Position numbers and translations under genes: made by a program
Assembly: GCA_965197495.1 (NCBI GenBank)
Contig: OZ240210.1
Span: 7,998,481 to 8,062,480, forward strand
Source of the DNA: Candidatus Marinacidobacterales bacterium
GTDB taxonomy: Bacteria; Acidobacteriota; Vicinamibacteria; Marinacidobacterales; SMYC01
Direction of reading: 5' to 3'
Length of the DNA stretch: 64,000 bases
The notes under the pieces: model-generated
The model's database searches: none
What the model saw: only the letters and a program-made list of their open reading frames with translations
Told to the model about the DNA's origin: nothing
Part shown: in pieces, positions 49,472-61,419 of the stretch
Layout of the letters: every line of letters begins with the position of its first letter
How positions within the stretch are numbered: the first letter of the stretch is position 1

Positions 49472-52400
49472 CTAGTCATTCGTGGGCACCAGCCGTTTTA
49501 GTTCTTCGGTCCAGTTGAGGACGACATGGATTTCGCGGGCATCGACGTCACCGCTCCAGCGAATCATGAGGAAACGCTTGCCATCGGGAGTGATGTCGAA
49601 CTGACGGCCGCCTCCGCGGACGTAGTTACCGCCAAACAACTTCTGTGGCGTCCCCGATTCGAACGTCGGCTCCGTCCGAATCGGTACGGCAACGTAAGCG
49701 TCCTCCTCTGTCGAGAAATAGAAGAGCTCCGAACCATCGGGTGCCCATAAAGGCCAGTTACCCCCGTGCGGCGCCGGTTGGTATCGGCCACCATTCACGT
49801 CAGGGAAGGTTCGGACGTCGATCTGCATTCGCCCCGCTTCTTCGGCGGCATAGGCCATGAATCTGCCGTCGGGAGATAGCGCCGGCCAGCGCTCGGCATA
49901 CGGCTCGTTCAAGAGGGGCTCATGCGACGGCTCATCCATGAGCGTGAGTTTCCCGATGTCGAGGCGGTTGCCGGCAGCGTTCCGCTCCACCGTCAGAAGC
50001 GTCTTTCCATCAGGGGTGAACGCGTAAGGTCGGATCCCTAGCCTGAAGTTCCTTGGTCGAATGAACCCACTGACAGTGTGAATCCCCAATGATTACGCGT
50101 CTTTAGGGAACGCCGAGAGGCTGATTTTGGGTTGCAATATATAGGCATGTCTAAAGCCTTTTATGGTTTGATATACATTGATATATAGGCTATTATGGTG
50201 GGCATGCATACCCACATCATCCCCAATCGCAACTCTACCCCCGCGGTCCTGCTGCGTGAGTCCTATCGGGTGGGCGGAAACGTCCGCAAGCGCACGCTCG
50301 CTAACTTGTCCAAATTGCCCATGGACGCAGTCGACGCCATCCGACGCATTCTCAAAGGGGAAAAGCTCGTCTCGGTTGAAGTCGCCTTCAAAATCGTCGA
50401 GAACGGCTCCCGGCACCATGGCCACGTCGACGCGGTGCTCAGCGCCATGAGACAGCTCGGTTTCGAAAAGCTCGTTGGTTCTCGACACTCACCAGAGCGG
50501 GATTTGGTCGTGGCCATGGTAGTCGCCCGGATCCTCGAACCGCAGTCGAAGCTGGCGACTAGCCAGTGGTGGCACACAACCACACTGCCCGAAATCCTGG
50601 GGGTGAGCGATGCCCGCGAAGACGATCTCTATGCCGCCATGGACTGGGTTCTCAAACGCCAGGAGGTCATCGAAAAAAAACTCGCGGCGCGCCATCTCCA
50701 AAACGACGGCCTGGCGCTCTATGACCTAACCTCAAGCTACTTCGAGGGTGTGAGTTGTCCGATCGCCCGCCTCGGATACGACCGTGACGGCAAGAAAGGC
50801 AAGCTGCAGATCAACTACGGTCTGCTGACCAACGAACGCGGCATCCCCGTGTCGGTATCCGTCTTTGAGGGCAACACGGGCGATCCCAAAACGCTGTTGC
50901 CTCAGGTAGAAAAGGTGCAAGAGCGCTTCGGCATCGAGCAGTTTGTGATGGTGGGCGACCGCGGAATGATCACCCAGACCCAGATCGACGAGTTGCGGGA
51001 GATGGACGGTGTCGACTGGATTACCGCTCTGCGTCCCGAACCGATTCGCAAGCTCATCAACGATGGGGTGCTCCAGATGGGGCTATTCGACGAGCGGAAT
51101 CTGTTTGAGGTGACGCACCCGGATTTCCCCAACGAGAGGCTGGTCGCTTGCCGCAATCCGGAGCTGGCCGAGAGGCGGCGTCACAAGCGCCGTGCTCTGC
51201 TCGAAGCGACCTGCAAGGAGCTGGAGAAAGTTTGTCGGATGGTCGAGCGGCGCCGTTTGCAGGGCAAGGAGGACATCCGTGCTGCAGTGAAAAAGCTCCT
51301 CAACAAGTACAAGGTCGGCAGGTACTACAGGCTCGACATCCGTGACGACGGTTTCGACTTCGAGCTAGACGAGACAACGATGGCTGCCGACGCCTCGCGC
51401 CTCGCCAACGGCAACTCTGAGCTCGCCAACAAACGGCTCCAGCGGTGGAAGCGACACATGGGGACGATCGCTAAGCAGTTGGAACGGATTCGCCAACGGA
51501 TCGGGCGGGGTCAGCTGCATGGTAAAGATAAAATCGGTGTGCGGGTAGGCAGAGTTCTCAACAAGTACAAAGTCGGCAAGCACTTCAAGCTGGACATTCG
51601 CGACGACAGCTTTAGCTTCGAAATCGACGACACAAAGGTCACTGCGGAAGCTGCCCTTGACGGCATCTACGTGATCCGCACCAGTCTTGCTGAGCAGCGG
51701 ATGAAAACCGACGACACAGTGCGCAGCTACAAGTTGCTGACCCAGGTCGAGAGGGCGTTTCGTTCCTTCAAGAGCATGGACCTAAAGGTGCGGCCGATTC
51801 GTCACCGGCGCGAAAACCGAGTCCGGGCGCACGTCTTCTTGTGCATGCTGGCCTACTACGTCCTGTGGCACATGATGGAGGCTTGGCGGCCGCTGCTATT
51901 CTCTGACGAGGACCAGCAGGCGAAGGCCAGCGTGACCCGGTTGCTCCGGCGAAGCGCTCCGAGGCCGCCCTGCGCAAGATACACACCAAGAAGCTTGACG
52001 ATGGGAGTCCAGCTTCCGCACGCTGCTGCGCCTTCTCAGCAACATCGTCCGAAACAAATGTCGGCGACCGGAAGCCGGACCCGACGAGCCCACCTTCGAT
52101 GTCACGACAACTCCGGACTCGAAACAGCAGAGAGCCTACGACCTGCTCAAAGGTATCACCGTGTAGACAGAAGCCAGCACCATTGATTCCAACTATCTCA
52201 TTGGATCAACACCGGATCTTGGCTTTTTCAGCCAGGAACTTCAGACTAGCAGTTCATCCGACCGCGGAAACTCGACTGGCTCGGCTTTCCCACTCCCGTC
52301 CCCCGCCTTCGAAAACAATTGCGCTCGGCCTCCCCGTTGCGACTGGAAAAACACAGGGTGCCGTCGGGCGTCCAGAGTGGATTGATGTCGACGGCCGGAT

Positions 52401-54300
52401 CGAATGTGAGTCGAGCGGAGGTTTGTTGCTCAACATCATGAATCCAGATGTCGCCGTCCCGCTCGAAGGCGATGCGCCCACCATCGGGCGAGATCCTGGG
52501 TCGAGCGTAACCGCCCGGTTCCACGGGCAGTGGCTCCTCCCGTCCTTCACGATCCACCCAGACGAGGATACGTCTCCCGTCGTCACGCCTCTCGATGTAA
52601 GCGAGAGTTTCCCCGTTGGACACCGCAAAGTCCGGGCGGACATTCTGTATCAGGGAAACCGCCTCGCCACGAAATTCGAGTCGACCGAGATCGAACGGCG
52701 CGACCCATAAGACGCCGTTTGCACCAAACACCAAATGCCCGGTAGCCACGTAGCGAGCGCGACGTCCTTGTTCAAGAAGGGTCTTCCGTTGCCCCGTCTC
52801 CAGGTCGAGGACGACGACTTTCCACGCGTCTCCGGCCTCGTTGAAAAGCAGGTGTTTCCCGCCGGGTAGGAGCTGGGGTGAGTCTCGAAAAAACGAGCCG
52901 GCCAGGCTCGACAACAGCTCCGGTTCGCCGCCGTCCGACGAGATGGCGTAGAGGAACCCGTCATTGGCGGAAAACACGATCGTGCCGTCGTCGCCCCAAC
53001 TGGCCTCGTTGAGCCCGGTGCGAAGGCGGCCGATCGTCGTCGTGAAACCACTGCTTACAGATACCTTCTTCAAGAGGAGCTCACCGGTAACATAAACACC
53101 GAGCCACTCTCCGTCAGGTGAAAAGAACGGAGAGCGAAGGACGCGGTCGCTTGCCTCGGCAATCATGAGAGGCCTTACCTCCAGATCGTCGACGCTACGC
53201 AGGTAGACGTTGCCGGTGGGTTTCTCCCCCACAAAGGCGATGGTTTTGCCGTCGGGCGAGACGGCAAAGTCGGTATGGTCCACGCGGACCAACAAACTGT
53301 CGCCGTCGGGCGGGCGCACAGAAAACCGTACTGTAGTCTTTGGTTCAGGTTGAGAGAGGAACCAACTGGCGGTTCCCACGACGATGGCAGCAACGAGAGC
53401 GCTCGCGGCAGCGATAGGCACGGAGGACGCCTTCTTGATCGGAGGCGGCGCATCGCTCACGTCTTCGAGCTCGAGCCGCGCGTCACCGATGTCTCTCAAC
53501 CGTCGCGTGCGGTCTTTCTCCAAAGCGCGGCGAAGCAGATCGCGCACGCGCCAAGGTGTCTTCGACAGGAAGCTTGTCCCAGTCCGGCTCCAGCTTGATC
53601 ACCGAAGCCAGCACTTCCGAGACATCTCCGCCCGGAAACGCCTTCTTCCCCGCGAGCATTTCGTAGAGCAACGCGCCGAAAGCGAAGATGTCGGTGCGCT
53701 TATCGACCTTCTTGCCCTTCGCTTGCTCGGGACTCATATAAGCAGCCGTTCCGAGGATCACGCCAACTCGCGTCGCATCTCTCGTGATGGTCGGGGACAT
53801 CGAGCTGTCGGCGTCGGGCGCGTCCTCCGTGAATGCCTTGGCGATGCCGAAGTCGAGGACCTTGACCTTGTCGTCTGGTGTCAGCATGACGTTGGCCGGC
53901 TTCAGATCCCGATGGATGATCCCTTGCTCGTGTGCTGCTTCGAGCGCGTCCGCAATCTGGGTGGCGATCGCGCGAGCCTCTTCAATGGAAAGGGGACCAC
54001 GTGCAAGTCGTTCCGCGAGCGTCTCACCGGGAACGAACTCGAGAACCAGATAGTGCGTTCTCTCGGACTGCTCCAGGCCATAAATCGACGCGATGTTCGG
54101 ATGGTTCAGAGATGCGAGGAGCTTCGCCTCGCGCTTGAATCGGGCGAGTCGTTCGGCGTCCTGGGAAATTCTTCGGGGAGAACTTTGATCGCGACGTCAT
54201 CGCGGAAAACACCACAACTCTGCCCTGTGCATCATCGCCAACCGCTCGCTGATCCCACGCATCCTCGCAGTGCTCCGCGAGCAGCGTCCCTATGAGCTCC
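49472..54300 (-). pseudogene. Ser/Thr kinase – TM – PD40 (WD40-like beta-propeller) gene, a paralogue of 57015..59624. It is disrupted by IS1634 copy 3 (50042..52244). It has at least one frameshift near 53483-53547 and a degenerate N-terminal ATP-binding loop with another frame change near 54190-54210.
   Basis: The minus-strand fragments are 49472..50041 (PD40 C-terminus), 52246..53547 (PD40 repeats), 53483..53887 (HRDLKPANV...DFGIAK...SPEQ) and ~53890..54300 (RFKREAKLLASLNHPNI...) in shifting frames. Confidence 0.6.
50042..52244 (+). mobile_element. IS1634-family copy 3 (sub-variant, ~90-95% identical to copies 1 and 2). The transposase 50195..52186 has two frame-altering indels near the 3' end (~51920-52000). 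Flanking CTAGC is direct-repeated.
   Basis: Ends are CTGAAGTTCC / GGAACTTCAG. The C-terminal 80 aa differ from copy 2 by a frame change, while the copy-2 C-terminal coding sequence is still present out of frame. Confidence 0.8.
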
Positions 54301-54644
54301 AAGACCTCGAAGGCAACTCGATTACTAAACCCGAGGCTCGCGCGCTGGCAGAGCAGTGGAAGGTGACTGAGGAAGTGCGCAAGCGCCTGCGCAACAAAAA
54401 GACGTTAGCGCAAGAGCGCTGGGAAGCGCCGCCATCTGTCACGAGCGAACCAAAGGCTCCTCGAAATGGTCGGCCCTCCCAGCCCGCCGATCCTAACCCC
54501 GAGACGCTGTCTGTGACAACGGACCAGCTCAAGATGCTCGTCTTCAAGAGCCTCGAGCAAATGTTGAACGCCGGTGGAAATCTTGAGGAAATCCGACTAC
54601 AACTCAAAGAAGAGGCTGCTAATTTTTTTCAAGAAAGGGCTTGA
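54270..54644 (+). CDS. Hypothetical protein (124 aa).
   Basis: ORF only, in a moderately GC3-biased frame. Confidence 0.25.
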   Translation: MLREQRPYELQDLEGNSITKPEARALAEQWKVTEEVRKRLRNKKTLAQERWEAPPSVTSEPKAPRNGRPSQPADPNPETLSVTTDQLKMLVFKSLEQMLNAGGNLEEIRLQLKEEAANFFQERA

Positions 54645-54655
54645 CACGGATTAGA

Positions 54656-56867
54656 CTGAAGTTCCTTGCTGAAAAAACCAAGATCCGGTGTTGATCCAAT
54701 AAGATAGATGGAATCAATGGTGCTGGCTTCTGTCTACACGGTGATACCTTTGAGCAAGTCGTAGGCTCTCTGCTGTTTCGAGTCCGGAGTTGTCGTGACA
54801 TCGAAGGTGGGCTCGTCGGGTCCGGCTTCCGGTCGCCGACATTTGTTTCGGACGATGTTGCTGAGAAGGCGCAGCAGCGTGCGGAAGCTGGAAGCTGGTC
54901 TCCCATCGTCAAGCTTCTTGGTTTGTATCTTGCGCAGGGCTGCGTCGGAGCGTTGCGCCGGAGCGACGGGGTCACGCTCGGCCTTCGCCTGCTGCTCCTC
55001 GTCAGAGAATACTAGCGGGCGCCAAACCTCCATCATGTGCCACAGGACGTAGTAGGCCAGCATGCACAAGAAGATGTGCGCCCGGACTCGGTTTTCGCGC
55101 CGGTGACGAATCGGCCGCACCTTTAGGTCCATGCTCTTGAAGGAACGAAACGCCCTCTCGACCTGGGTCAGCAACTTGTAGCTGCGCACTGTGTCGTCGG
55201 TTTTCATCCGCTGCTCAGCAAGACTGGTGCGGATCACGTAGATGCCGTCAAGGGCAGCTTCCGTAGTGACCTTTGTGTCGTCGATTTCGAAGCTAAAGCG
55301 GTCGTCGCGAATGTCCAGCTTGAAGTGCTTGCCGACTTTGTACTTGTTGAGAACTTTGCCTACCCGCACACCGATTTTATCTTTACCATGCAGCTGGCCT
55401 CGCCCGATCCGTTGGCGAATCCGTTCCAACTGCTTAACGATCGTCCCCATGTGTCGCTTCCACCGCTGGAGCCGTTTGTTGGCGAGCTCAGAGTTGCCGT
55501 TGGCGAGGCGCGAGGCGTCGGCAGCCATCGTTGTCTCGTCTAGCTCGAAGTCGAAACCGTCGTCACGGATGTCGAGCCTATAGTACTTGCCGACCTTGTA
55601 CTTGTTGAGGAGCTTTTTCACCGTAGCACGGATGTCCTCCTTGCCGTGCAAACGGCGCCGCTCGACCATCCGACAAACCTTCTCCAGCTCCTTGCAGGTT
55701 GCTTCGAGCAGAGCACGACGCTTGTGACGCCGCCTCTCGGCCAGCTCCGGATTGCGGCAAGCGACCAGCCTCTCGTTGGGAAAATCCGGGTGCGTCAACT
55801 CAAACAGGTTCCGCCTGTCGAATAGCCCCATCTGGATCACCCCATCGTTAATGAGCTTGCGAATCGGTTCGGGACGCAGAGCGGTAATCCAGTCGATACC
55901 GTCCATCTCCCGTAACTCGTCGATCTGGGTCTGGGTGATCATTCCGCGGTCGCCCACCATCACAAACTGCTCGATGCCGAACCGCTCTTGCGCATTTTCT
56001 ACCTGAGGCAACAGCGTTTTGGGATCGCCCGTGTTGCCCTCAAAGACGGATACCGACACGGGGATGCCGCGTTCGTTGGTCAGCAGGCCGTAGTTGACCT
56101 GCAGCTTGCCTTTCTTGCCGTCACGGTTGTATCCGAGCCTGGCCAGCGGACAACTCACCCCCTCGAAGTAGCTTGAGGTTAGGTCATAGAGCGCGAGGCC
56201 GTCGTTTTGAAGATGGCGCGCCGCGAGTTTCTTTTCGATGACCTCCTGGCGTTTGAGAACCCAGTCCATGGCGGCATAGAGATCGTCTTCGCGGGCATCG
56301 CTCACCCCCAGGATTTCGGGCAGTGTGGTTGTGTGCCACCACAGGCTAGTCGCCAGCTTCGACTGCGGTTCGAGGATCCGGGCGACTACCATGGCCACGA
56401 CCAAATCCCGCTCTGGTGAGTGTCGAGAGCCAACGAGTTTTTCGAAACCGAGCTGTCTCATGGCACTGAGCACCGCGTCGACGTGGCCATGGTGCCGGGA
56501 GCCGTTCTCGACGATTTCGAAGGCGTCTTCGAGCGAAACGAGCTTTTGCCCCTTGAGTATGCGTCGGATGGCATCGACCTGCTCGCTCGGCAGTTTGGAC
56601 AGGTTGGCAAGTGTGCGCTTGCGCGGTTTCTTGCTCTTGGCATCCCGATAGGACTCACGGAGCAAAACGGCGGGTTTGGAGTTGCGGTTGGGCACGATAT
56701 CGATGTGCATGGCTACTATATACACTATATAAACATATATAACAACAATAAATACAATACAACATGGCTACTAATTGCAGGCAAAAATCACACCTCTAGC
56801 GCTGTAACTCCATGCGACTAAAGGTACTTTACCGAAGCGTGGGAGGACTTACTGGGCAGAACTTCAG
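54656..56867 (-). mobile_element. IS1634-family copy 2: the complete element (2212 bp) with an intact 663-aa transposase (54734..56725) and a 6-bp target-site duplication ATTAGA.
   Basis: ATTAGA at 54650-54655 and 56868-56873. Terminal inverted repeats CTGAAGTTCCTTGC / GGGCAGAACTTCAG. The DDE region includes VMVGDRGM and LRPE. Confidence 0.85.
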
Positions 56868-56873
56868 ATTAGA

Positions 56874-57000
56874 AACTCTATCCCACCTTTCCCAATGGGC
56901 TCGCGGATCTCGTAGTGGGCGAGCTTCTGACCGTTTTCAAGCGACACAGCGCAACGATCCTAAGACGATGAGGGTCGTCGTGGCAACGTCTTTGCGGGGC
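56874..57000 (-). other. ~110-bp duplicate of the 5' end and upstream region of the kinase gene 57015..59624 (encoding ...SLENGQKLAHYEIREPIGKGG), abutting IS1634 copy 2.
   Basis: 56880-56990 aligns with 59545-59655 at ~85% identity. The reading frame dies inside the IS target duplication. Confidence 0.5.
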
Positions 57001-57014
57001 TCGAGCCAGCGTCG

Positions 57015-59624
57015 TCAGTGCTGCGCTGCGACGTCCATGACCCAGATGTCGCCGAGCGTCTCGTCCCACGTGAAGTAGAGGTAGTCGCCATCGGTTGCAA
57101 GCGAAAGTGCGCCCAGAGATCCTCGCCTACCACTCAGCTTGGTCACGGGTCTCTCGGTCCCGTGCTCCATGGATAGGGCCCAGATGTTGCCCCGGCGCTC
57201 TCTTGTGCCCGTGAAGAACATCGTCTTGTCGTCTCGGGACCAAACGACTCTGGCACGACCTGGCCCCGCGTTCAAAGGTTCGGGTTCCCCGCCCTCCCGT
57301 GGCACCCGCATCAGCCGGCCGTCTGCACTTCCGACGATAACCCACGCTCCGTCACGCGACCACGCGGAGAAACCTCCCTGGGCTATCGTGGAAAGTTCGC
57401 CATCATCCATACTCAAGAGCCAGAGTTCCCCGCTGCCGCTTCGCGACGAACCGAATGCAATTTGATTCCCACGGGGAGACCAGGCTGGCATCGAGTCCGC
57501 CGCTTCGTGCAGAGTGAGCTGTCTTGCTGGTCCACCTTCGATGGGCATCGTCCAAAGATCCCGGTTGCCGCTCCGATAGGCATAAAACACGAACTCACTG
57601 CCGTCGGGTGACCATGAGAGGGCCCAATCGGGAGTCGGATGATGGGTGAGCTGGACCATTTCACCGCCGTCCATGGGCAGCATCCAGATGTCCACGTTGC
57701 CGCTCCGATCTGAGCTCAGAAGCAAGTGCTTGCCGTCGGGAGACATCTCCATGAACTGGATGCGGGCCTGCTCGAAGGTGATCTGTTCGGCGTCATCCCA
57801 AGTGGCTGGTCGGTCGCGAAGCATGGGAACACGCCAGACATTCGCTACGAGACGGCCGCGCGTGTAGGCGAGCTTCGTCCGATCCGGCGAAAAGAAAGCG
57901 TCCATCATGCCGATACCCGTGGTCAATCGTTCCGGGAACCCGTCACGTCCGAGACGCTGCCGCCAGAGATCCATCGCGCCACCCCGGTTGGAGACGAAGT
58001 AAAGCGTCTCTCCGTTGGGAGACCAGCTCGGGCTGCGGTCATTGAAGAGTCCGTCGGTCACGAGACCACCCATGCCGTCGTCCAACGAGACGACCAATAG
58101 GCGTGTTACGTCAGGACTGCGAAACGAGTCGACAAAGGCAAAATTCCGACCGTCTGGCGACCAGCTGAGCTCGAGCCCCGTACCGCTCTTAGCGGGAAGG
58201 GAAACGCTTCGAGCTTCTCGCGTCTCGAGGGAAACGATTTCCACGAGGACGCCGGACTCTTCTCGGACGAGGCAGGCGAACTCGGTGCCGTCGGAAGACC
58301 AGACAGGCGCGCTCGTCGGCAGCGCAGCGACCCGGCTGACGCGACGAGCCGGGCCGCCGAGCGCTGACATCACGAAGCAACTAGGTCCATCACGGTCCGA
58401 GTGAAACGCGATCTGATTTCCGTCGGGTGACCAGGCGGGAAATCGGTCCACGCTTTCATAGTCGGCAGTCAAATTCAACGGCTGGCCGCCTCCAACCTGC
58501 GCTACCCAAATGTCGAAGTCACCGTCCTGTTCGGAATGGTAAGCGAGTCTTCCCCCATCGGGTGACCAAGTCGGGTTGCCCTCAACCCCCACTGCCGCGG
58601 TGATCTGGGTGGGATTGCTAAATGCGGTCGTCACCCGCGGCGCGCTCGTTCTGCTTCCTACGACGTAGCCGATGAGCGCGCCTAGCAGTAGCACGGCGAC
58701 GGTAACCTTCGGAAGCGTGACGCGCCCGTCATGTGGACGGTCGGCGCTCGCGTCGAGCTCTCCGGAATTGATCTCTTGCTCGAGCTCTCGAAGCTCGTTG
58801 AGCACGTCGAGCGCGCTCTGAAAACGCCGCGCCGGTACCTTGGCCAAACATCGCCGCACGATTCTCGCCACATCGCGCGGAAGGGAAGGAGCTCGCGCCG
58901 TGACGGGCTCCGGGTTGTCCTTGAGGATCGCCGAGAGGACCGACGCCGGTGTTTCCCCTTGGAACGGCCGCTGGCCCGTGAGCATTTCGTAGAAGACGAC
59001 GCCCAGAGAAAAGATGTCGGAGCGCGCGTCGATGTCTTTGCTTTCCACTTGCTCCGGCGACATGTAGTGAAGCGTTCCCGCCAGAGTGCCCTCGCGTGAC
59101 TTGAGCTCCGTGGGCGATTCGCTGTCGAGGCTCTCCTCTGTGCTCGCGTCCATATGCGCGAGCCCAAAGTCGAGGATCTTGATGCGGCCGTCTTCCGTAA
59201 CCATGAAGTTTCCCTGTTTCAAATCCCGGTGGACGATGCCTTCCTCGTGCGCGGCCGCCGCCGCGTCCGCAAGGGGAATCGCGATCTCGAAAAACTTGTC
59301 GAGGGCGAAGCCTTTTTTTGGAAGAAGCTCCGCCAGCGTCTTCCCCTTCACGAGCTCCATGGTGATGAAGTGGACGGCGTCCGCCTCTTCGACGGAGTAG
59401 ACGGTTACGATGTTGGGGTGGTTGAGAGCGGCGATCGCTTTCGCTTCTCGCTTGAACCGGGCCCGCCGTTCCTCGCTCCCGGCCAGCTGCGGAGGGAGAA
59501 CCTTGAGCGCGACCTTTCGATCTAGCTTCGTGTCCTCGGCTAGATAGACCTCACCCATTCCGCCTTTGCCAATGGACTCTCGGATCACGTAGTGCGCGAG
59601 CTTCTGACCATTTTCAAGCGACAC
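57015..59624 (-). CDS. Ser/Thr protein kinase – TM – PD40/WD40-like beta-propeller protein (869 aa), intact.
   Basis: GKGGMGEVYLA, HRDLKQGNFMV, DFGLAHM, SPEQ, a TM helix VTVAVLLLGALIGYVV, and many W(S/A)PDG PD40 repeats. Confidence 0.85.
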   Translation of the reverse strand: MSLENGQKLAHYVIRESIGKGGMGEVYLAEDTKLDRKVALKVLPPQLAGSEERRARFKREAKAIAALNHPNIVTVYSVEEADAVHFITMELVKGKTLAELLPKKGFALDKFFEIAIPLADAAAAAHEEGIVHRDLKQGNFMVTEDGRIKILDFGLAHMDASTEESLDSESPTELKSREGTLAGTLHYMSPEQVESKDIDARSDIFSLGVVFYEMLTGQRPFQGETPASVLSAILKDNPEPVTARAPSLPRDVARIVRRCLAKVPARRFQSALDVLNELRELEQEINSGELDASADRPHDGRVTLPKVTVAVLLLGALIGYVVGSRTSAPRVTTAFSNPTQITAAVGVEGNPTWSPDGGRLAYHSEQDGDFDIWVAQVGGGQPLNLTADYESVDRFPAWSPDGNQIAFHSDRDGPSCFVMSALGGPARRVSRVAALPTSAPVWSSDGTEFACLVREESGVLVEIVSLETREARSVSLPAKSGTGLELSWSPDGRNFAFVDSFRSPDVTRLLVVSLDDGMGGLVTDGLFNDRSPSWSPNGETLYFVSNRGGAMDLWRQRLGRDGFPERLTTGIGMMDAFFSPDRTKLAYTRGRLVANVWRVPMLRDRPATWDDAEQITFEQARIQFMEMSPDGKHLLLSSDRSGNVDIWMLPMDGGEMVQLTHHPTPDWALSWSPDGSEFVFYAYRSGNRDLWTMPIEGGPARQLTLHEAADSMPAWSPRGNQIAFGSSRSGSGELWLLSMDDGELSTIAQGGFSAWSRDGAWVIVGSADGRLMRVPREGGEPEPLNAGPGRARVVWSRDDKTMFFTGTRERRGNIWALSMEHGTERPVTKLSGRRGSLGALSLATDGDYLYFTWDETLGDIWVMDVAAQH

Positions 59625-59644
59625 AGCGCGCCGATCTTAGGACG

Positions 59645-60265
59645 ATGAGGGTCGGCAGGCAACCGCGTCGTACCGATTTGGGCTATGATCGACTAATGAC
59701 GCGATCGGCCACTCTCCACGCGTACACCTACGCTGATTACCTCGCCCACGAAGCTGCGAGTAATGTAAAGCACGAGTACCTAGAGGGTGAGATCTATGCC
59801 ATGGCGGGAGGCTCTCCGGCACATGCCGAGCTTTCGTTGGCTGTCGGCGCGGCGCTGCGGGCGCAGCTCCAAGACAAGCCGTGCCGGGTGTTCAGCTCCG
59901 ATTTAAGGTTCCGAGTCGGCGCAACGGGTCTTACGACCTATCCAGACGTGACCGTAGTTTGCGGGGCTCTCGAGCGAGACAAAGAAGGGCACGACACCGT
60001 GCTGAACCCCAAAGTGCTCGTCGAAGTCTTGAGTGACAGCACCGAGCGCTACGATCGCGGCGAGAAGTTCGAACACTATAAACAAATCCCTTCTCTTGAT
60101 GAATACGTCCTCTTATCGCAGAAGGAAGCGCATTTGGAAACTTGGCGCCGTGAGGGCGGTTCGTGGCACCGCCGCGAGGTGAGATCCGGGGAGCGCCTCA
60201 CACTCGAGTCGATTGAGTGCGAGCTGGTCGTCGACGCGTTATACCAGGGCGTGTTCGACGAATAG
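59645..60265 (+). CDS. Uma2-family (DUF820) putative endonuclease. The probable start is MTRSATL at 59696.
   Basis: YTYADYL...KHEYLEGEIYAMAGGSPAHAELSL...FSSDLRF...PDVTVVCG...VEVLSDST is the PD-(D/E)xK Uma2 pattern. Confidence 0.6.
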   Translation: MRVGRQPRRTDLGYDRLMTRSATLHAYTYADYLAHEAASNVKHEYLEGEIYAMAGGSPAHAELSLAVGAALRAQLQDKPCRVFSSDLRFRVGATGLTTYPDVTVVCGALERDKEGHDTVLNPKVLVEVLSDSTERYDRGEKFEHYKQIPSLDEYVLLSQKEAHLETWRREGGSWHRREVRSGERLTLESIECELVVDALYQGVFDE

Positions 60266-60562
60266 CCGTATCGACTCGTCTCTACTCGATCGGCTGCCCC
60301 GTGCGAGGCGGAATTCGCAAAATTCTTGAAAAAAAGCTGGGAAATCGAAAAACGCGCGTCCGTAAGTGCTTGTTCAGGAGCAAGTTACGAACACTCAATT
60401 CGACGATTTCACTCGAATTTCGCCTGCATCTTGTTGTTAGACAACCACTTACCGCTGCGTTGATTTGACATCCTCCTGTTGATCACCTAAACTCTACTTC
60501 ACCTTGAGCAGCTCGGTGTGGGGTTTTGTTCTCGAACACATTCTTCAGGAGAGGTGTGTCCC

Positions 60563-61403
60563 ATGAGCGTGTCTATTTACAATGATGTCGTTACCCAAAT
60601 GCCCGACGTCACGGACGAGGAGGTGGACCTAAAACTGGAGGAAGCCGTCATCCAGAGCGAGAAGGCCGAGATGCTCGTCTGCTGCTACCTGGCCGAGGTG
60701 CGCGAGAGGCGGCTCTTTATAGACTTTGGCTACGCGAACATCTCGGACTACGCGTTTTGCACGCTTCGCATTCAAGGAGCGCAAGACCCACTATCTGGTT
60801 CGCCTCGGCAAGAGGATCAAGAAACTTCCGAAGCTCCGCGAAGCGATGGCGAACGGAAAAATCGGCTGGTGCAAGGCACGCCGGCTCGCCGACATCGCCG
60901 CTCCCGAGAACGAGGTGATGTGGATCGAATCCGCGTTGTCCTCGACGGTGCAGCAACTCGAGAAAAAAATCAAGGACGGTACGGACACGCTCGCGACGAT
61001 GCTTCACTTCCCTTTGTCGGAGGGAATGCGTCTTTTGTGGGAGGACACGCTCGAGATTTTCCGCCGCCGTGCGGGCGCCGAGATATCGCCCCTCGCCGTC
61101 TTCGAATACATGCTCGCTGAGAATGTCGCGGGATGGGGTCACTACCTTGCCCCCGACAAAACGCCGGAAACGCCCGAACCAGAAACAACCGAACCCGAAA
61201 CCGACGCTACCGAAGCCGACCGACCGGCAGAAAGCGAGACCGAAACCGGTCCCGTCTTCCCGTGGGCTGAAAAAATCGACACCGACTCCATCTCGCAGCT
61301 GGGCCTGTTCGAAAGCGAGGCCGCGTCCGAGGCGGACTACGAGGACGACCCAGAGTACAAGCGGATGCGCGATCTCGTCCTAGCCGGAACTTCCGCCGGC
61401 TAG
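60563..61403 (+). pseudogene. N-terminal (DUF222-like) portion of an HNH-endonuclease gene. It carries a frameshift at ~60750-60780 and is truncated at 61403 by insertion of the IS1634-like element. The matching HNH C-terminus is at 63282..63650.
   Basis: Frame 1 gives ...LAEVRERRLFIDFGYANISDYAF. Frame 2 gives ...ERKTHYLVRLGKRIKKLPKLREAMANGKIGWCKARRLADIA (DUF222-like). It has an acidic PETPEPETTEPE linker. Confidence 0.4.
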
Positions 61404-61419
61404 ACGCATGTAAACCCGT

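Noticed and set aside
60518-61120. The downstream part of ORF 60518..61120 (…SPRQEDQETSEAPRSDGERKNRL…) as real coding sequence.
   Set aside because: After ~60760 the conserved DUF222-like sequence continues in the other frame (60726..61403). The remainder of this frame is Arg-rich shadow sequence.
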